Assembly: GCA_944360075.1 (NCBI GenBank)
Contig: CALVTE010000003.1
Location: 12,964 to 76,963 of the forward strand
DNA length: 64,000 bases
DNA from: an uncultured Clostridia bacterium
GTDB lineage: Bacteria > Bacillota > Clostridia > Christensenellales > UBA1242
Direction of reading: 5' to 3'
Positions 40,569 to 50,837 of the stretch are shown here, in pieces (positions within the stretch are counted from its first letter, which is position 1; each line of letters begins with the position of its first letter). The notes below the pieces were generated by a model. That model saw only the letters and a program-made list of their open reading frames with translations, did no database searches and had not been told where the DNA came from. A program made the position numbers and the translations under genes.

Positions 40569-42719
40569 ATGGATTTAGCATTAACACTAGCACAGGAATT
40601 TGGAATAAAACAGGAGTATAGCCAAAACCTTATCAGCCTTCTTGATGAAGGTTGCACCATTCCTTTCATAGCCCGTTATCGAAAGGAAATGCACGGCACT
40701 TGCGATGACCAAACCATCAGGGCTTTTGCCGACAGACTGAAATATCTGAGAAATCTTAACGACGAAAAAGCCAAAGTTGAAAAGGCAATCACCGAGCAGG
40801 GCAAATGGACGGACGAGCTTGCCGCGGCTTTGCAAAGCGCAAAAACTTTGACAGAAGTTGAAGATATTTACAGGCCTTACAAGCCAAAACGCAAAACAAG
40901 GGCATCAGTTGCAATCGCCAAAGGTCTTGACCCTCTTGCTGATGTGCTGCTTATGCAAAGCAAGAGTTTGGTGCTGGCAACAGAGGCAGAAAAATTTATC
41001 ACCGAAGAGGTGCCAACGGTTGAAGAGGCCATTGCTGGGGCAAAAGATATTGTTGCCGAGCGAATTTCTGATGATGCCGAGCTAAGAAAAGAGCTTCGAG
41101 CACTTATTGAAAACAAAGCGATGATTGAGTGCCAACTGCTTGAAAATGAAAATAGTTTTACTTATGAAACATACGCAAACTTCAAACAAGAGATAAAAAA
41201 CATTCCAAGCCATAGAATTTTGGCCATCAATCGCGGAGAAAAAGAAAAGTGCCTTAAAGTTGACATTGTTATAAGCCCAGAACTGACACTTGAGGTGATA
41301 AGAAAGGCCTTCAAGAAAAACAATCCTGACACCGACAAAGTGATGGAAGAAGTGATTGAAGACAGTTACGACAGGCTGCTTTTCCCTTCACTTGAACGTG
41401 AGGCAAGGACAAACTTGACTGACAGGGCAAACGAGCAGGCCATCAAAATGTTTGAAGTCAATCTTAAGCCGCTGCTTATGGAAGCACCACTTAAAAACAA
41501 CATTATTTTGGGGCTTGACCCAGCATATAGAACAGGCTGCAAAATCGCAGTTATTGACAAAAACGGCAACGTGCTTGCCACCACTGTGATTTATCCAACT
41601 CCGCCACAATCAAAAACTGAAGAGTCGATTGAAAAGTTGAAAACTTTGATTGAAAAATATAAAGTTGACGTGATTTCAATCGGAAACGGCACAGCTTCAA
41701 AAGAAGCGGAGATTTTTGTGGCCGAACTTATCAAGCACGTTTCTCGACCAGTCAGCTACGCTGTGGTGAGCGAGGCGGGAGCCTCTGTTTACTCGGCAAG
41801 CAAGCTGGGCGCTGAAGAATTCCCAGACTACGACGTTTCGCTAAGGTCGGCTGTTTCAATCGCAAGAAGACTTCAAGACCCACTTGCCGAACTTATCAAA
41901 ATTGACGTCAAATCTATCGGTGTGGGGCAATACCAACACGATATGCCTCAAAACAGATTGACCGAAGTGCTTACAGGTGTTGTTGAAGACTGCGTCAACT
42001 CTGTTGGCGTTGACCTTAACACTGCAAGCCCAAGCCTTTTGTCTTACGTTTCAGGGCTGAATATGTCTATTGCAAAAAATATTGTGGCATACAGGGCAAA
42101 GGTTAAAGGAATCACAAACAGGCAGCAACTTTTGTCAGTGCCAAAACTTGGGCCAAAAGCCTATGAGCAATGTGCGGGCTTTTTGCGCGTGGTTGGCGGT
42201 GAAGAAATTTTGGATAACACTGCTGTTCATCCAGAAAGTTATCAAGCCACCAGAAAACTGCTTAAAACTTTTGATTTGACCGAAGAAGATGTCAAAAATG
42301 GCAACATCTCATCGCTGCCAAACCTTATCAAACTCAAGGGCGAAGAAAAGGTGGCAAAAGAATGCGAAATTGGTTTGCCAACCCTTGAAGATATCGTCAA
42401 GGAACTGCTTAAGCCAGGCAGAGACATTCGCGAAAGCATGCCAAAACCAGTGCTGAGAAGCGATGTGCTTTCTATGGAAGACCTGAAAGAAGGCATGGTG
42501 CTTTCAGGCGTTGTGCGAAATGTTATCGACTTTGGAGCGTTTGTTGACATTGGAGTGCATCAAGATGGACTTGTTCACATAAGTCAAATTTCAGATGCCT
42601 ACATCAAACATCCTTCTGAAGTGCTTAAAGTTGGGCAGCGCGTGGATGTGAAAGTTTTGTCGGTTGACCTGCAAAAGAAAAGAATTGCTTTGACCATGAA
42701 GGGAATTGATAAAGAGTAG
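40569..42719 (+). CDS. tex: Tex transcription accessory RNA-binding protein
   Basis: TIPFIARYRKE, LDPAYRTGCK, EAGASVYSAS, GVGQYQHD; C-terminal S1 domain. Confidence 0.95.
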   Translation: MDLALTLAQEFGIKQEYSQNLISLLDEGCTIPFIARYRKEMHGTCDDQTIRAFADRLKYLRNLNDEKAKVEKAITEQGKWTDELAAALQSAKTLTEVEDIYRPYKPKRKTRASVAIAKGLDPLADVLLMQSKSLVLATEAEKFITEEVPTVEEAIAGAKDIVAERISDDAELRKELRALIENKAMIECQLLENENSFTYETYANFKQEIKNIPSHRILAINRGEKEKCLKVDIVISPELTLEVIRKAFKKNNPDTDKVMEEVIEDSYDRLLFPSLEREARTNLTDRANEQAIKMFEVNLKPLLMEAPLKNNIILGLDPAYRTGCKIAVIDKNGNVLATTVIYPTPPQSKTEESIEKLKTLIEKYKVDVISIGNGTASKEAEIFVAELIKHVSRPVSYAVVSEAGASVYSASKLGAEEFPDYDVSLRSAVSIARRLQDPLAELIKIDVKSIGVGQYQHDMPQNRLTEVLTGVVEDCVNSVGVDLNTASPSLLSYVSGLNMSIAKNIVAYRAKVKGITNRQQLLSVPKLGPKAYEQCAGFLRVVGGEEILDNTAVHPESYQATRKLLKTFDLTEEDVKNGNISSLPNLIKLKGEEKVAKECEIGLPTLEDIVKELLKPGRDIRESMPKPVLRSDVLSMEDLKEGMVLSGVVRNVIDFGAFVDIGVHQDGLVHISQISDAYIKHPSEVLKVGQRVDVKVLSVDLQKKRIALTMKGIDKE

Positions 42720-42732
42720 TCGGGGAGAAGAT

Positions 42733-42906
42733 ATGAACAAGTGCCCATATTGCAACACCACTTTCAACGAAATCAAACAAACCGGTTTTGTTGGCTGCGC
42801 AAGATGCTATCAAGAAATTGATGAGCTGAAAAGTCTTGTGCATGATCTTTATGGCGACAAAAAGCATAAGGGCAAAAAAATAGGAGGGGAAGATGGAAGA
42901 ATTTGA
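42733..42906 (+). CDS. mcsA: Truncated McsA-like zinc-finger protein
   Basis: CPYC...GFVGCARCY...HKGK equals the second McsA finger only; lies directly before mcsB-clpC. Confidence 0.75.
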   Translation: MNKCPYCNTTFNEIKQTGFVGCARCYQEIDELKSLVHDLYGDKKHKGKKIGGEDGRI

Positions 42907-43906
42907 CAATATTGCCATTTCTTCCAGAATTCGTCTTGCAAGAAATGTTGATGGACTGAAATTTTACACCAAACTTGACAGCGAAATTGACGCCAGTTAT
43001 ATCACAAATGCAGTGATAAAAACGCTGGAAAAGTTTGAGGTTTTTTCGCACATAAAACTCAGTGATTGCTCGCTCAACGAGTGTAATGCAATGTTTGAGA
43101 GCCATCTTATCAGCAAAGAACTTATCGAAAACAAAGATATTTCTTCGCTTGCCATCAGCGAAGACCAAAAAATTATTGTTATGATAAATGAAGAAGACCA
43201 TATCAGAGAGCAGTGCATTGAAAAGGGCTTCAATCTTTACAAACCATACCGCAGGCTGAGCAAGATTGACCAAGAGATTTGTGCGAGTTTGCCTATCGCT
43301 TTTGACAGAGACCTAGGCTTTATCACGGCATCTCCTTCAAACCTTGGCACGGCAATGCGGGCTTCAGTTATGCTTTTTTTGCCAGCGCTTGAAAGGCGTG
43401 GCAGCATCAGTTTGCTGCAGCGCTTGGCGGTGGAAAACGGCTTGACGGTGCGGGGCTATTATGGCGAAGGCAGCAAGGCAAAAGGCAGCTTATATCAAAT
43501 TTCAAACCAAGGCTCGCTGGGCTATAGCGAAGACGAAATCATTGACAGGGTCAGCCAGTTTATCTATGATGTGATTGAAAAAGAAAAGGCGGCAAGAGAG
43601 CAGATTTTTAGCGAAGAATTTGACCAGATTAAAGACGAGTGCTTGCGTAGCTATGGCATTTTGACAAATTGTCACTGCCTTGAAGAAGACGAAATGCTCT
43701 CTCTTCTTTCTTCCGTCAAGTTTGGAGGGGCGCTTGGTTTTTTGACCATCAAAGACGATGAAAAATTTATGAAATTGTTCTATGAAGGGGCAAGTTCAAA
43801 TTTAAAAGAAATTTTTGATTTTTTTGAAAATAAAAAGGAAAATATTGTAAGGAGTGAGTATATTTCTAAGGAGATAAAAAATCTCGTTCAAAGGGGGAAT
43901 ACATGA
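42893..43906 (+). CDS. mcsB: Protein-arginine kinase McsB family
   Basis: SSRIRLARN, NEEDH, PSNLGT, RGYYGEGS, YQISNQ. Confidence 0.9.
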   Translation: MEEFDNIAISSRIRLARNVDGLKFYTKLDSEIDASYITNAVIKTLEKFEVFSHIKLSDCSLNECNAMFESHLISKELIENKDISSLAISEDQKIIVMINEEDHIREQCIEKGFNLYKPYRRLSKIDQEICASLPIAFDRDLGFITASPSNLGTAMRASVMLFLPALERRGSISLLQRLAVENGLTVRGYYGEGSKAKGSLYQISNQGSLGYSEDEIIDRVSQFIYDVIEKEKAAREQIFSEEFDQIKDECLRSYGILTNCHCLEEDEMLSLLSSVKFGGALGFLTIKDDEKFMKLFYEGASSNLKEIFDFFENKKENIVRSEYISKEIKNLVQRGNT

Positions 43907-46353
43907 ATTATCAATCATCATCATTTTCAGATAACATCGAAAAAGTGATAAAAAATGCCAGCAAAATTGCCTTGAGGTTTGGCTCTAATCTTGTGGGCAG
44001 CGAGCATATTCTTTATGGCTTGACGGCAGTGGAAGGCACGCTTGCAAGTGAAATCCTTGCCGAAGAAGGCGTCAGCGAAAGTGCAATGTTTGACTTTTTT
44101 GAGCAAAATGCTGACGGCGACATTCTTTTCAGCACTGAAGTCGAACTAACACCTCGCACAAAGGATTTGTTTCGAATTGCGCAGGAAATTGCTCTTCAAA
44201 TGAACCATTCTTTTCTTGGCACAGAGCATTTGTTGCTTGCTCTTCTTTCTTCGAGCGGCTCGGTCGCTTACAGAATTTTGCAAGGGCCATTTAATGTTGA
44301 CATAGAAAATATGCGAGGCAAAGTGATAAGGGCTCTTCAAGCAAACACGGCCTCTTCACCAGAAGAAAAAGAAGGGCAGAAACCAAACAAACAAGCGGGC
44401 AGCACCTTGCCAGAAAAGTTGCTTGACATGGGCACTGACATCACCTTAAAAGCCAAAGAGCACAAACTCGACCCTGTGATTGGCAGGGAAGAAGAAATTC
44501 AAAGAGTTGTTGAAATTTTGTGCCGAAAAACCAAAAATAACCCAGTGCTTATCGGCGAGGCGGGCGTTGGTAAAACGGCCGTTGTTGAAGGGCTTGCACA
44601 GGCCATTGTTTCTGGTGACGTGCCAGAAATTTTGAAAGACAAAGTGATTTATTCCTTGGAAATTGGCGGGCTTATGGCAGGCACAAAATATCGTGGCAGC
44701 ATGGAAGAAAAGCTGAAAGATGCCATTGAGACCATCATTGCAAGCAAAAATATCATTGTTTTTATTGACGAAATTCACACTCTTGCTCAGGCTGGCAGCG
44801 AAAAAGGAGAAACTTCGCCTGCTGATATGCTAAAGCCTTATCTTGCACGTGGAGAAATGCAAACAATCGGGGCAACAACCACTGATGAATATCGAAAATT
44901 TATTGAAAAAGACAAAGCGCTTGAACGTCGATTTCAGCCTATAATGGTCAATCCGCCTTCAGTTGAGCAGACCATCCAAATTTTGAAAGGCCTTAAAGAC
45001 AGTTACGAGGCTTTCCACAAAATCACTATAACAGACGAAGCCATCGAGGCAGCAGCAGTTTTGTCAGACAGATATATCTCAGACAGAAGTTTGCCAGACA
45101 AAGCCATTGACCTTATTGACGAGGCAAGCAGCAAAGCCAAAGTCAACTATACTGTCAAACCGCAAGAAGTGCGAAAACTTGAAGAAAAGCTTAAATCACT
45201 TTCAGCAAGCAGAGATGAGGCTAGTTTACAAAGAAACTACGAAAAAGCAGCAAAATTGCAATCTGAAATCATCAACCTTGAAAGTGAACTTAAAAAGACA
45301 AACGAAAAACTTTTTGGCAAAAGCGAAAAATCTGCAAACAAATCTATTGGGGCAAATGAAATTGCCGCTGTGGTTGCAAAATGGACGGGCATTCCAGTGA
45401 CAAAAATCACAGAAAGCGAAAAAGACAGACTGCTTCATCTTGAAGATATTTTGCACAAACGAGTTGTTGGGCAAAACGAAGCGGTCAGTGCGGTTGCAAA
45501 GGCAATAAGAAGGTCGAGAGTGGGCTTGCAAGACTCAAAACGCCCAATCGGTTCCTTCCTGTTTATGGGGCAGACTGGCGTTGGAAAAACCGAACTTTGC
45601 AAAGCGATTACCGAGGCTATGTTTGATGACGAAAACAACATTGTCAGAATTGATATGAGCGAGTATATGGAATCGCATTCTGTGTCAAAACTCATCGGCT
45701 CTCCTCCAGGATATGTTGGATTTGAAGAGGGTGGACAACTGACCGAGGCTGTCAGAAGGCGACCATACTCTGTTGTGCTTTTTGACGAAATTGAAAAGGC
45801 GCATCCAGACATTTTTAACGCTCTTTTGCAAATTCTTGATGATGGAAGACTTACTGATGGTCAAGGCCGAACAGTGTCATTTAAAAACACCATCATCATC
45901 ATGACGAGCAATCTTGGCGCAAACGAAGTGCGTGAGCATCGCAGAAGCCTTGGATTTGGTGGAGAAGAAAGCGAAGAAATTGACACAAACAAAATATATA
46001 TGGATGCTTTAAAGCACAAATTTAAGCCAGAATTTATCAATCGTATCGACGTGATTTGCGTTTTCCAACCATTGTCACACGACGACCTTGTCAAAATTGC
46101 AAAAATTTTGATTTCAAATATAAACAAACGTTTGAAAGAGAAAAATCTTTCGCTAAAAATCACCGAAGACGCTTTGGATTATGTGGTCATGAAAGGCTCA
46201 AACACCGAATACGGAGCAAGACCGCTTAAGAGATTTATCCAGCAAGAAATTGAAGACAACATTGCCGAAATGATTTTGATGGGCAAACTTAAAAACCAAG
46301 GAACAATCGTGATCGACGAGAAAGACAACGCACTTTCTTTTGAAAACGAATAA
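43903..46353 (+). CDS. clpC: ATP-dependent Clp protease ATP-binding subunit ClpC
   Basis: Double Clp-N; GEAGVGKT and FIDEIH; UVR coiled coil; GQTGVGKT; ClpP-loop LGF. Confidence 0.95.
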   Translation: MNYQSSSFSDNIEKVIKNASKIALRFGSNLVGSEHILYGLTAVEGTLASEILAEEGVSESAMFDFFEQNADGDILFSTEVELTPRTKDLFRIAQEIALQMNHSFLGTEHLLLALLSSSGSVAYRILQGPFNVDIENMRGKVIRALQANTASSPEEKEGQKPNKQAGSTLPEKLLDMGTDITLKAKEHKLDPVIGREEEIQRVVEILCRKTKNNPVLIGEAGVGKTAVVEGLAQAIVSGDVPEILKDKVIYSLEIGGLMAGTKYRGSMEEKLKDAIETIIASKNIIVFIDEIHTLAQAGSEKGETSPADMLKPYLARGEMQTIGATTTDEYRKFIEKDKALERRFQPIMVNPPSVEQTIQILKGLKDSYEAFHKITITDEAIEAAAVLSDRYISDRSLPDKAIDLIDEASSKAKVNYTVKPQEVRKLEEKLKSLSASRDEASLQRNYEKAAKLQSEIINLESELKKTNEKLFGKSEKSANKSIGANEIAAVVAKWTGIPVTKITESEKDRLLHLEDILHKRVVGQNEAVSAVAKAIRRSRVGLQDSKRPIGSFLFMGQTGVGKTELCKAITEAMFDDENNIVRIDMSEYMESHSVSKLIGSPPGYVGFEEGGQLTEAVRRRPYSVVLFDEIEKAHPDIFNALLQILDDGRLTDGQGRTVSFKNTIIIMTSNLGANEVREHRRSLGFGGEESEEIDTNKIYMDALKHKFKPEFINRIDVICVFQPLSHDDLVKIAKILISNINKRLKEKNLSLKITEDALDYVVMKGSNTEYGARPLKRFIQQEIEDNIAEMILMGKLKNQGTIVIDEKDNALSFENE

Positions 46354-46361
46354 GGGGAGTT

Positions 46362-46643
46362 ATGAAAATAACAGGTGCAAATGGATATAGGCCAACCAAA
46401 GAGCAAATAGAGCTTGTTGAACAAAAATTCGAGCAACTAAAAGCACTGCTCAAAGAGCCCGTTGGTTTTTGGGCGAAAATTGGAAAAGAAGATTTTTTCT
46501 TCAACTTAAAAACAGGGATTATCAAATTTAAAGTTTATGAAGAAGGCAAAAACATCGAGCAAAACATAAACAATGCTTTTTCTAGCCTTGAAAATTATCT
46601 CAAAAGCAGGTGGAACAAGATAAAAGATGAGGAAAAAGAGTAA
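46362..46643 (+). CDS. Small hypothetical protein
   Basis: 93-aa ORF with AAGGGG RBS directly after clpC. Confidence 0.6.
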   Translation: MKITGANGYRPTKEQIELVEQKFEQLKALLKEPVGFWAKIGKEDFFFNLKTGIIKFKVYEEGKNIEQNINNAFSSLENYLKSRWNKIKDEEKE

Positions 46644-46705
46644 ATTTTCTCAATTTTGTTTGGAAAAACAGGGCTGTTTTGTTAAAATGTGAATAGGAGG
46701 ATGAT

Positions 46706-47239
46706 ATGAAAATTGAAATCTTAGAAAGAGGTGGCTATAAAGCTGCAAAAAGAATCAAAACCATCATTGAAGACAAACTTGCAAAACTGGATAAATATTT
46801 TGATGACGACCCAACTGCAAAAGTGGTGCTCTATAAAGTTGCAAAGCAAGACAAACTGGAAATCACAATTTCAAGCAAAGGACTTCTTTTCAGATGCGAA
46901 GTGACGAGCGATAACATGTATAGCAACATCGACTACGCTCTTCCAAAACTTGAAAAACAAATTGTCAGGGCAAACGACAAAAGAAAAGGCAAGAAAAAGA
47001 GCAAGGCTCTCTTGCCAGAATTTCCATTTGAATTTTTGGAAGAAACTCCAGAGGAACTTCCAGCCATTTACAAAACCAAAACCTTCAACCTTGACCCAAT
47101 GCCTGTGGATGAAGCACGCTTTGCCATTGAGAGGCTTGGTCACGACTTCTTTGCTTTCTTAAACGCCGAGAGTGGAAGGGTCAACATCCTTTATCGCAGA
47201 CGTGACGGAAAATTTGGTTTGATTGATCTGAAATATTAA
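46706..47239 (+). CDS. hpf: Ribosome hibernation promoting factor (long form)
   Basis: KLDKYF, MYSNID, PMPVDEA, LGHDFFAF, ILYRRRDGKFGLI. Confidence 0.92.
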   Translation: MKIEILERGGYKAAKRIKTIIEDKLAKLDKYFDDDPTAKVVLYKVAKQDKLEITISSKGLLFRCEVTSDNMYSNIDYALPKLEKQIVRANDKRKGKKKSKALLPEFPFEFLEETPEELPAIYKTKTFNLDPMPVDEARFAIERLGHDFFAFLNAESGRVNILYRRRDGKFGLIDLKY

Positions 47240-47392
47240 ACTTTTTGCAAAAACAGCGCTCTGTCAAATGACAGAGCGTTTTGTTTTGTAAGCAATAGGA
47301 TTTTTATTCAAAATTTTTACTTATGAAAATTCAGAATAAAATTTGCTTTTCTTTTCAAGGCAAATGTGATAAAATTTTTATAGTGGTGGTTT

Positions 47393-48061
47393 ATGAGAAT
47401 AATAGATGACAAAACAAAAAATCTTTATTGGTGGAATAGAAACTATTTTTATATTGGCACGTTGTTTATCATCGGATTGAATTTTTTGTTGTTTTTTGTT
47501 TTAGAAAAGGGTTGGAGTTATCAGATGTGTGATCCTGATAATTCTTGGGGTGATCAATTAAATTTTATCAATCTTGTATGTTCATTTCTCAACTGTTTTG
47601 CGCATTCAAGTTTAGACCATGTGCTTGGCAATATGATATGTTTTTTAGTTATTGGAACATTTCTAGAACGAAAATACGGTTCATTACCAATTATAGGTCT
47701 TACATTTTTTGTGGCACTTTTTGCTTCGTTGGCGGTTTCTGCAAATGGTGTTGATGTTGTTTGGGCGGGCTTTTCAGTAGTGAATTTTGCTTTTTATGGC
47801 TGGATTTTAATTGATTTTTTGTTTTTATTTAAAAAAGGGAAGAAGTCTAAAGCAAACATAATTTATGGTGCTGTTATCTTAGCGCTCATTTATTTGTTTA
47901 TGTGTTGCAAAAACTTTTCTACTTTCAGCTTTGTATGGTATCCAGATGATCTGCTGTATAATTTGGGACATTACACAAGTTTTCTTGTAGGCATGATTCT
48001 AGCTTGTTTTGTAAATATTTTCCGTTTAGTGTCTGTTAAAGAACATAAGAGTGAAAACTAG
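47393..48061 (+). CDS. Rhomboid-family intramembrane serine protease
   Basis: FAH...HVLGNM, LERKYG, AGFS (GxS), GHYTSFLVG. Confidence 0.75.
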   Translation: MRIIDDKTKNLYWWNRNYFYIGTLFIIGLNFLLFFVLEKGWSYQMCDPDNSWGDQLNFINLVCSFLNCFAHSSLDHVLGNMICFLVIGTFLERKYGSLPIIGLTFFVALFASLAVSANGVDVVWAGFSVVNFAFYGWILIDFLFLFKKGKKSKANIIYGAVILALIYLFMCCKNFSTFSFVWYPDDLLYNLGHYTSFLVGMILACFVNIFRLVSVKEHKSEN

Positions 48062-48194
48062 ATAGAATAGAGTATAAGATAAAAATCGTCACAGATCTTG
48101 TTTTGTCAAATTATTTCGACAAAAGTCGACTTTTTTCAAATTTGCTATTGACAAGGCTTGGTTGATGGGGTATTATATAACAAAGGAGAGAAGT

Positions 48195-48527
48195 ATGAAA
48201 AAAGATTTTTATAGAGTAGATATTATAACTGAAAAAAAGGGCGGAGAGGTGTCAACAGAGTCCATCTATTTCTCAGACGAAGAGGAGGCTGTTGAGGCTT
48301 GCAGAATGCTTGCTGGCTTCTACAATGATGACGAAAAGCGAAACGCTATGATTACCAAGGTTAGCCATCAAGAGGAAGATGCGGAAAGAGTTATGCGCCA
48401 TAAAAGATTTTTTGCCACACATTTAGATTTCTATAAAAAGTTTGACGAAAACAACAGAAAGCAAGAGTTTAAACATGGCAAAATTGAAGTTTTTGATCCA
48501 GAAGATGCCGATGAGCATGATGATTAA
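48195..48527 (+). CDS. Orphan acidic hypothetical protein
   Basis: TTGACA-17-TATTAT promoter, AAGGAG RBS, hairpin terminator at about 48544-48574. Confidence 0.65.
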   Translation: MKKDFYRVDIITEKKGGEVSTESIYFSDEEEAVEACRMLAGFYNDDEKRNAMITKVSHQEEDAERVMRHKRFFATHLDFYKKFDENNRKQEFKHGKIEVFDPEDADEHDD

Positions 48528-48742
48528 CTAAAAAGCAGTGGGAAAAATGTCAACAACTTGTTGACGTTTTTTTTGTTTGAAAATTGCAAAGATGATTTTG
48601 CAGTTTTTCAAACTTTTTCAGTCTGTGATTGCAACAAAAAATCCTGAGTTCTTGTTGCAAAATAAAAACAACATAAAAAAGCACGAGAGGTCTCGTGCTT
48701 TTTTTTTGCAAAAAAAAGTGGCAAAATGCCACAAGGTCTCAG

Positions 48743-49015
48743 TTATTTTGATGCTTTAAGGTCATCAAGCATTTTTGAGTAGTGAGCCTTTTTTCTGTCT
48801 GCGCTGTTTTTGTGAATAACATTGTCGCAAGCGGCCTTGTCAAGCAAAGAAACAACATCTTTAAAAGCTTGTTCGCTGGCAGCAACGTCTTTGTTTGCAA
48901 CGGCAGCTTTAAACTTTTTTGCATATGTTGAAATTTTTGATTTTACTGACTTGTTTTGAAGGGTCTTCTTTTCAATTATTCTAACTCTTTTTTCTGCTGA
49001 TTTAATGTTTGGCAT
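48743..49015 (-). CDS. rpsT: 30S ribosomal protein S20
   Basis: MPNIKSAEKR and IHKNSADRKK. Confidence 0.97.
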   Translation of the reverse strand: MPNIKSAEKRVRIIEKKTLQNKSVKSKISTYAKKFKAAVANKDVAASEQAFKDVVSLLDKAACDNVIHKNSADRKKAHYSKMLDDLKASK

Positions 49016-49114
49016 GATTTTCTCCTTTAAAATGTCTATATAAGTTTAGCATAAACTTTTTGGAAAATCAAGTAAAAATAAATATTTTTTTTAAAAACTA
49101 GCAAAATAATTTTT

Positions 49115-49855
49115 ATGATTGACCTTATTGATGAATGTTCGTATGAATTTCAAAAACTTGGCTACAAAAAAGTTAGGGCAAAAAGATATGGCATTGATTT
49201 GCTTTCTTTGCACGTTGACAGTCAAAAACAAAGTCAGCAGACGGGGTTTGACAGGGGCGATTATTACATTATCAATGCGCCGATTTTGCCTTATCTTGAC
49301 AAAGAGTGCTTTGACTATGTCAGCCTTCTTCTCAAAAAAAGGCTTGCATTTTTGTTGAAAAAGCAAAAAATTGACAAATCCAAAACTTTGCTGGTGGGGC
49401 TTGGAAATCCCGAAATTTGGTCAGACAGGCTGGGCGTTCAGGTTTGCTTAAGTGGGCATTTTTTTGGCAAAAAGGTGAAAAAAATATGCCCAAATGTGCA
49501 GTATCAAACGGGAATAGAAACTTTTGATATTGTCAAGGCTTTGGTGGACAAACTTGCGGTCACATTTGTGGTTGTGGTCGATTCGTTGTGCACAAATTCG
49601 CTGTCGCGGCTGGGCTGCTCGCTGCAACTGACCACAACAGGCATGACGCCCGGCAGTGCAACAAAAAACTCTGGCAGCAAAATTTGCAGCCAAAGTTTGA
49701 AAGTGCCTTGTTTTTCCATTGGCGTGCCCTTTATGCTTGATGCGCAGTCGCTAGGTTTTGACAGGCAAATGTTGCTTGCGCCCAAAGACGTCAAAGAAAA
49801 TGTTGAAAATCTTGCCTACATCATTTCCAAAGCGCTTGCAGAGGTGCTGGTATGA
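49115..49855 (+). CDS. gpr: Spore germination protease GPR (short form)
   Basis: LLVGLGN...D.LG, QTGIET, VVDSL...RLGCSLQL, PGS, IGVP, PKD; divergent from rpsT as in other spore formers. Confidence 0.85.
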   Translation: MIDLIDECSYEFQKLGYKKVRAKRYGIDLLSLHVDSQKQSQQTGFDRGDYYIINAPILPYLDKECFDYVSLLLKKRLAFLLKKQKIDKSKTLLVGLGNPEIWSDRLGVQVCLSGHFFGKKVKKICPNVQYQTGIETFDIVKALVDKLAVTFVVVVDSLCTNSLSRLGCSLQLTTTGMTPGSATKNSGSKICSQSLKVPCFSIGVPFMLDAQSLGFDRQMLLAPKDVKENVENLAYIISKALAEVLV

Positions 49856-50436
49856 ACTATTATCTTTTTATTCCCTTTGCAATAATTGTGATTTTTATGC
49901 TGCCACTCAAAATCAAAGTGAAATTTTCTTGCAATCTTCTTGAGAAAAACGGAGCGTTTGCAATCTTTTTGTTTGACAAAAAGTTGCTCCACCAGCAGTT
50001 TTTGATAAAGAAAGGGAAAATTTTGTTGCAAGATGAACAAAACTCTTCTTCCACTGAGATTGAGTTTGACAGCAAAGAAGTGATTTTTACCAAAGTGTTT
50101 GCAAATCAGTTGAAAAACAAAACAAGGCTGAAAGATCTGTTTCTTTTCTATAACGTTGGCGTGCAAGATGCTTTTGCTTCCGCTATGCTGGCTGGAGCAA
50201 TAAACCTTTTTATGCTTATATTTTTCACCAGCCTTAAAAACACCAAACCAACAGCTTCACTGGCGGTTTACGACACGGTGTCTTACAACAGATTGGTGCT
50301 GGAGTTTGCCCTCAAAAGTTGCCTTTCAATTTCTTTGTTTGATTGGGTATATTCTTTTGTGCTTTCGCTCATTATAACTAATAGAATTGCAAAACAGAAA
50401 TTTGAAAAGAAGGCTTTTGCCGAGGGGGATAAATGA
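49852..50436 (+). CDS. YtfI/DUF2953-like sporulation membrane protein
   Basis: N-terminal TM, GVQDAFASAMLAG motif, upstream of ytfJ. Confidence 0.6.
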   Translation: MNYYLFIPFAIIVIFMLPLKIKVKFSCNLLEKNGAFAIFLFDKKLLHQQFLIKKGKILLQDEQNSSSTEIEFDSKEVIFTKVFANQLKNKTRLKDLFLFYNVGVQDAFASAMLAGAINLFMLIFFTSLKNTKPTASLAVYDTVSYNRLVLEFALKSCLSISLFDWVYSFVLSLIITNRIAKQKFEKKAFAEGDK

Positions 50437-50837
50437 AATTTGAAGAAGACAAGTCAATCAGCAGCCTTATTGACAGTGCTATGGAAAAAATCAAAACAAT
50501 TGTGGATTCAAGCACTGTGATTGGCCAGCCTGTTGTGACCGAAAATGGAAAGACCATCATTCCAATTTCAAAAGTCAGCGTGGGCTATGTTGTGGGCGGC
50601 GGCGAATATGCAGACCTGTCAGCAAGGCGGGTGGCAAAGCATTTTCCTATGGCAGGCGGCTCAAGCGGCGGCATGAGCGTTTCTCCTGTCGGCTTTTTGG
50701 TGGAAAACGATGGGCAGATAAGTTTTATCAACGTTGAAAACAAAACCCTTTATCAAACTGTGCTAAATTTGTTCAACAGCCTGTTAAACAAAATGAATAA
50801 AAACGAAAAGGAGACAAAAAGCAATGAAAATGATTAG
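50433..50837 (+). CDS. ytfJ: Sporulation protein YtfJ/GerW
   Basis: VDSSTVIGQP, IIPISKVSVGYVVGGGE, GGSSGGMSVSPVGFLV. Confidence 0.9.
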   Translation: MKFEEDKSISSLIDSAMEKIKTIVDSSTVIGQPVVTENGKTIIPISKVSVGYVVGGGEYADLSARRVAKHFPMAGGSSGGMSVSPVGFLVENDGQISFINVENKTLYQTVLNLFNSLLNKMNKNEKETKSNEND

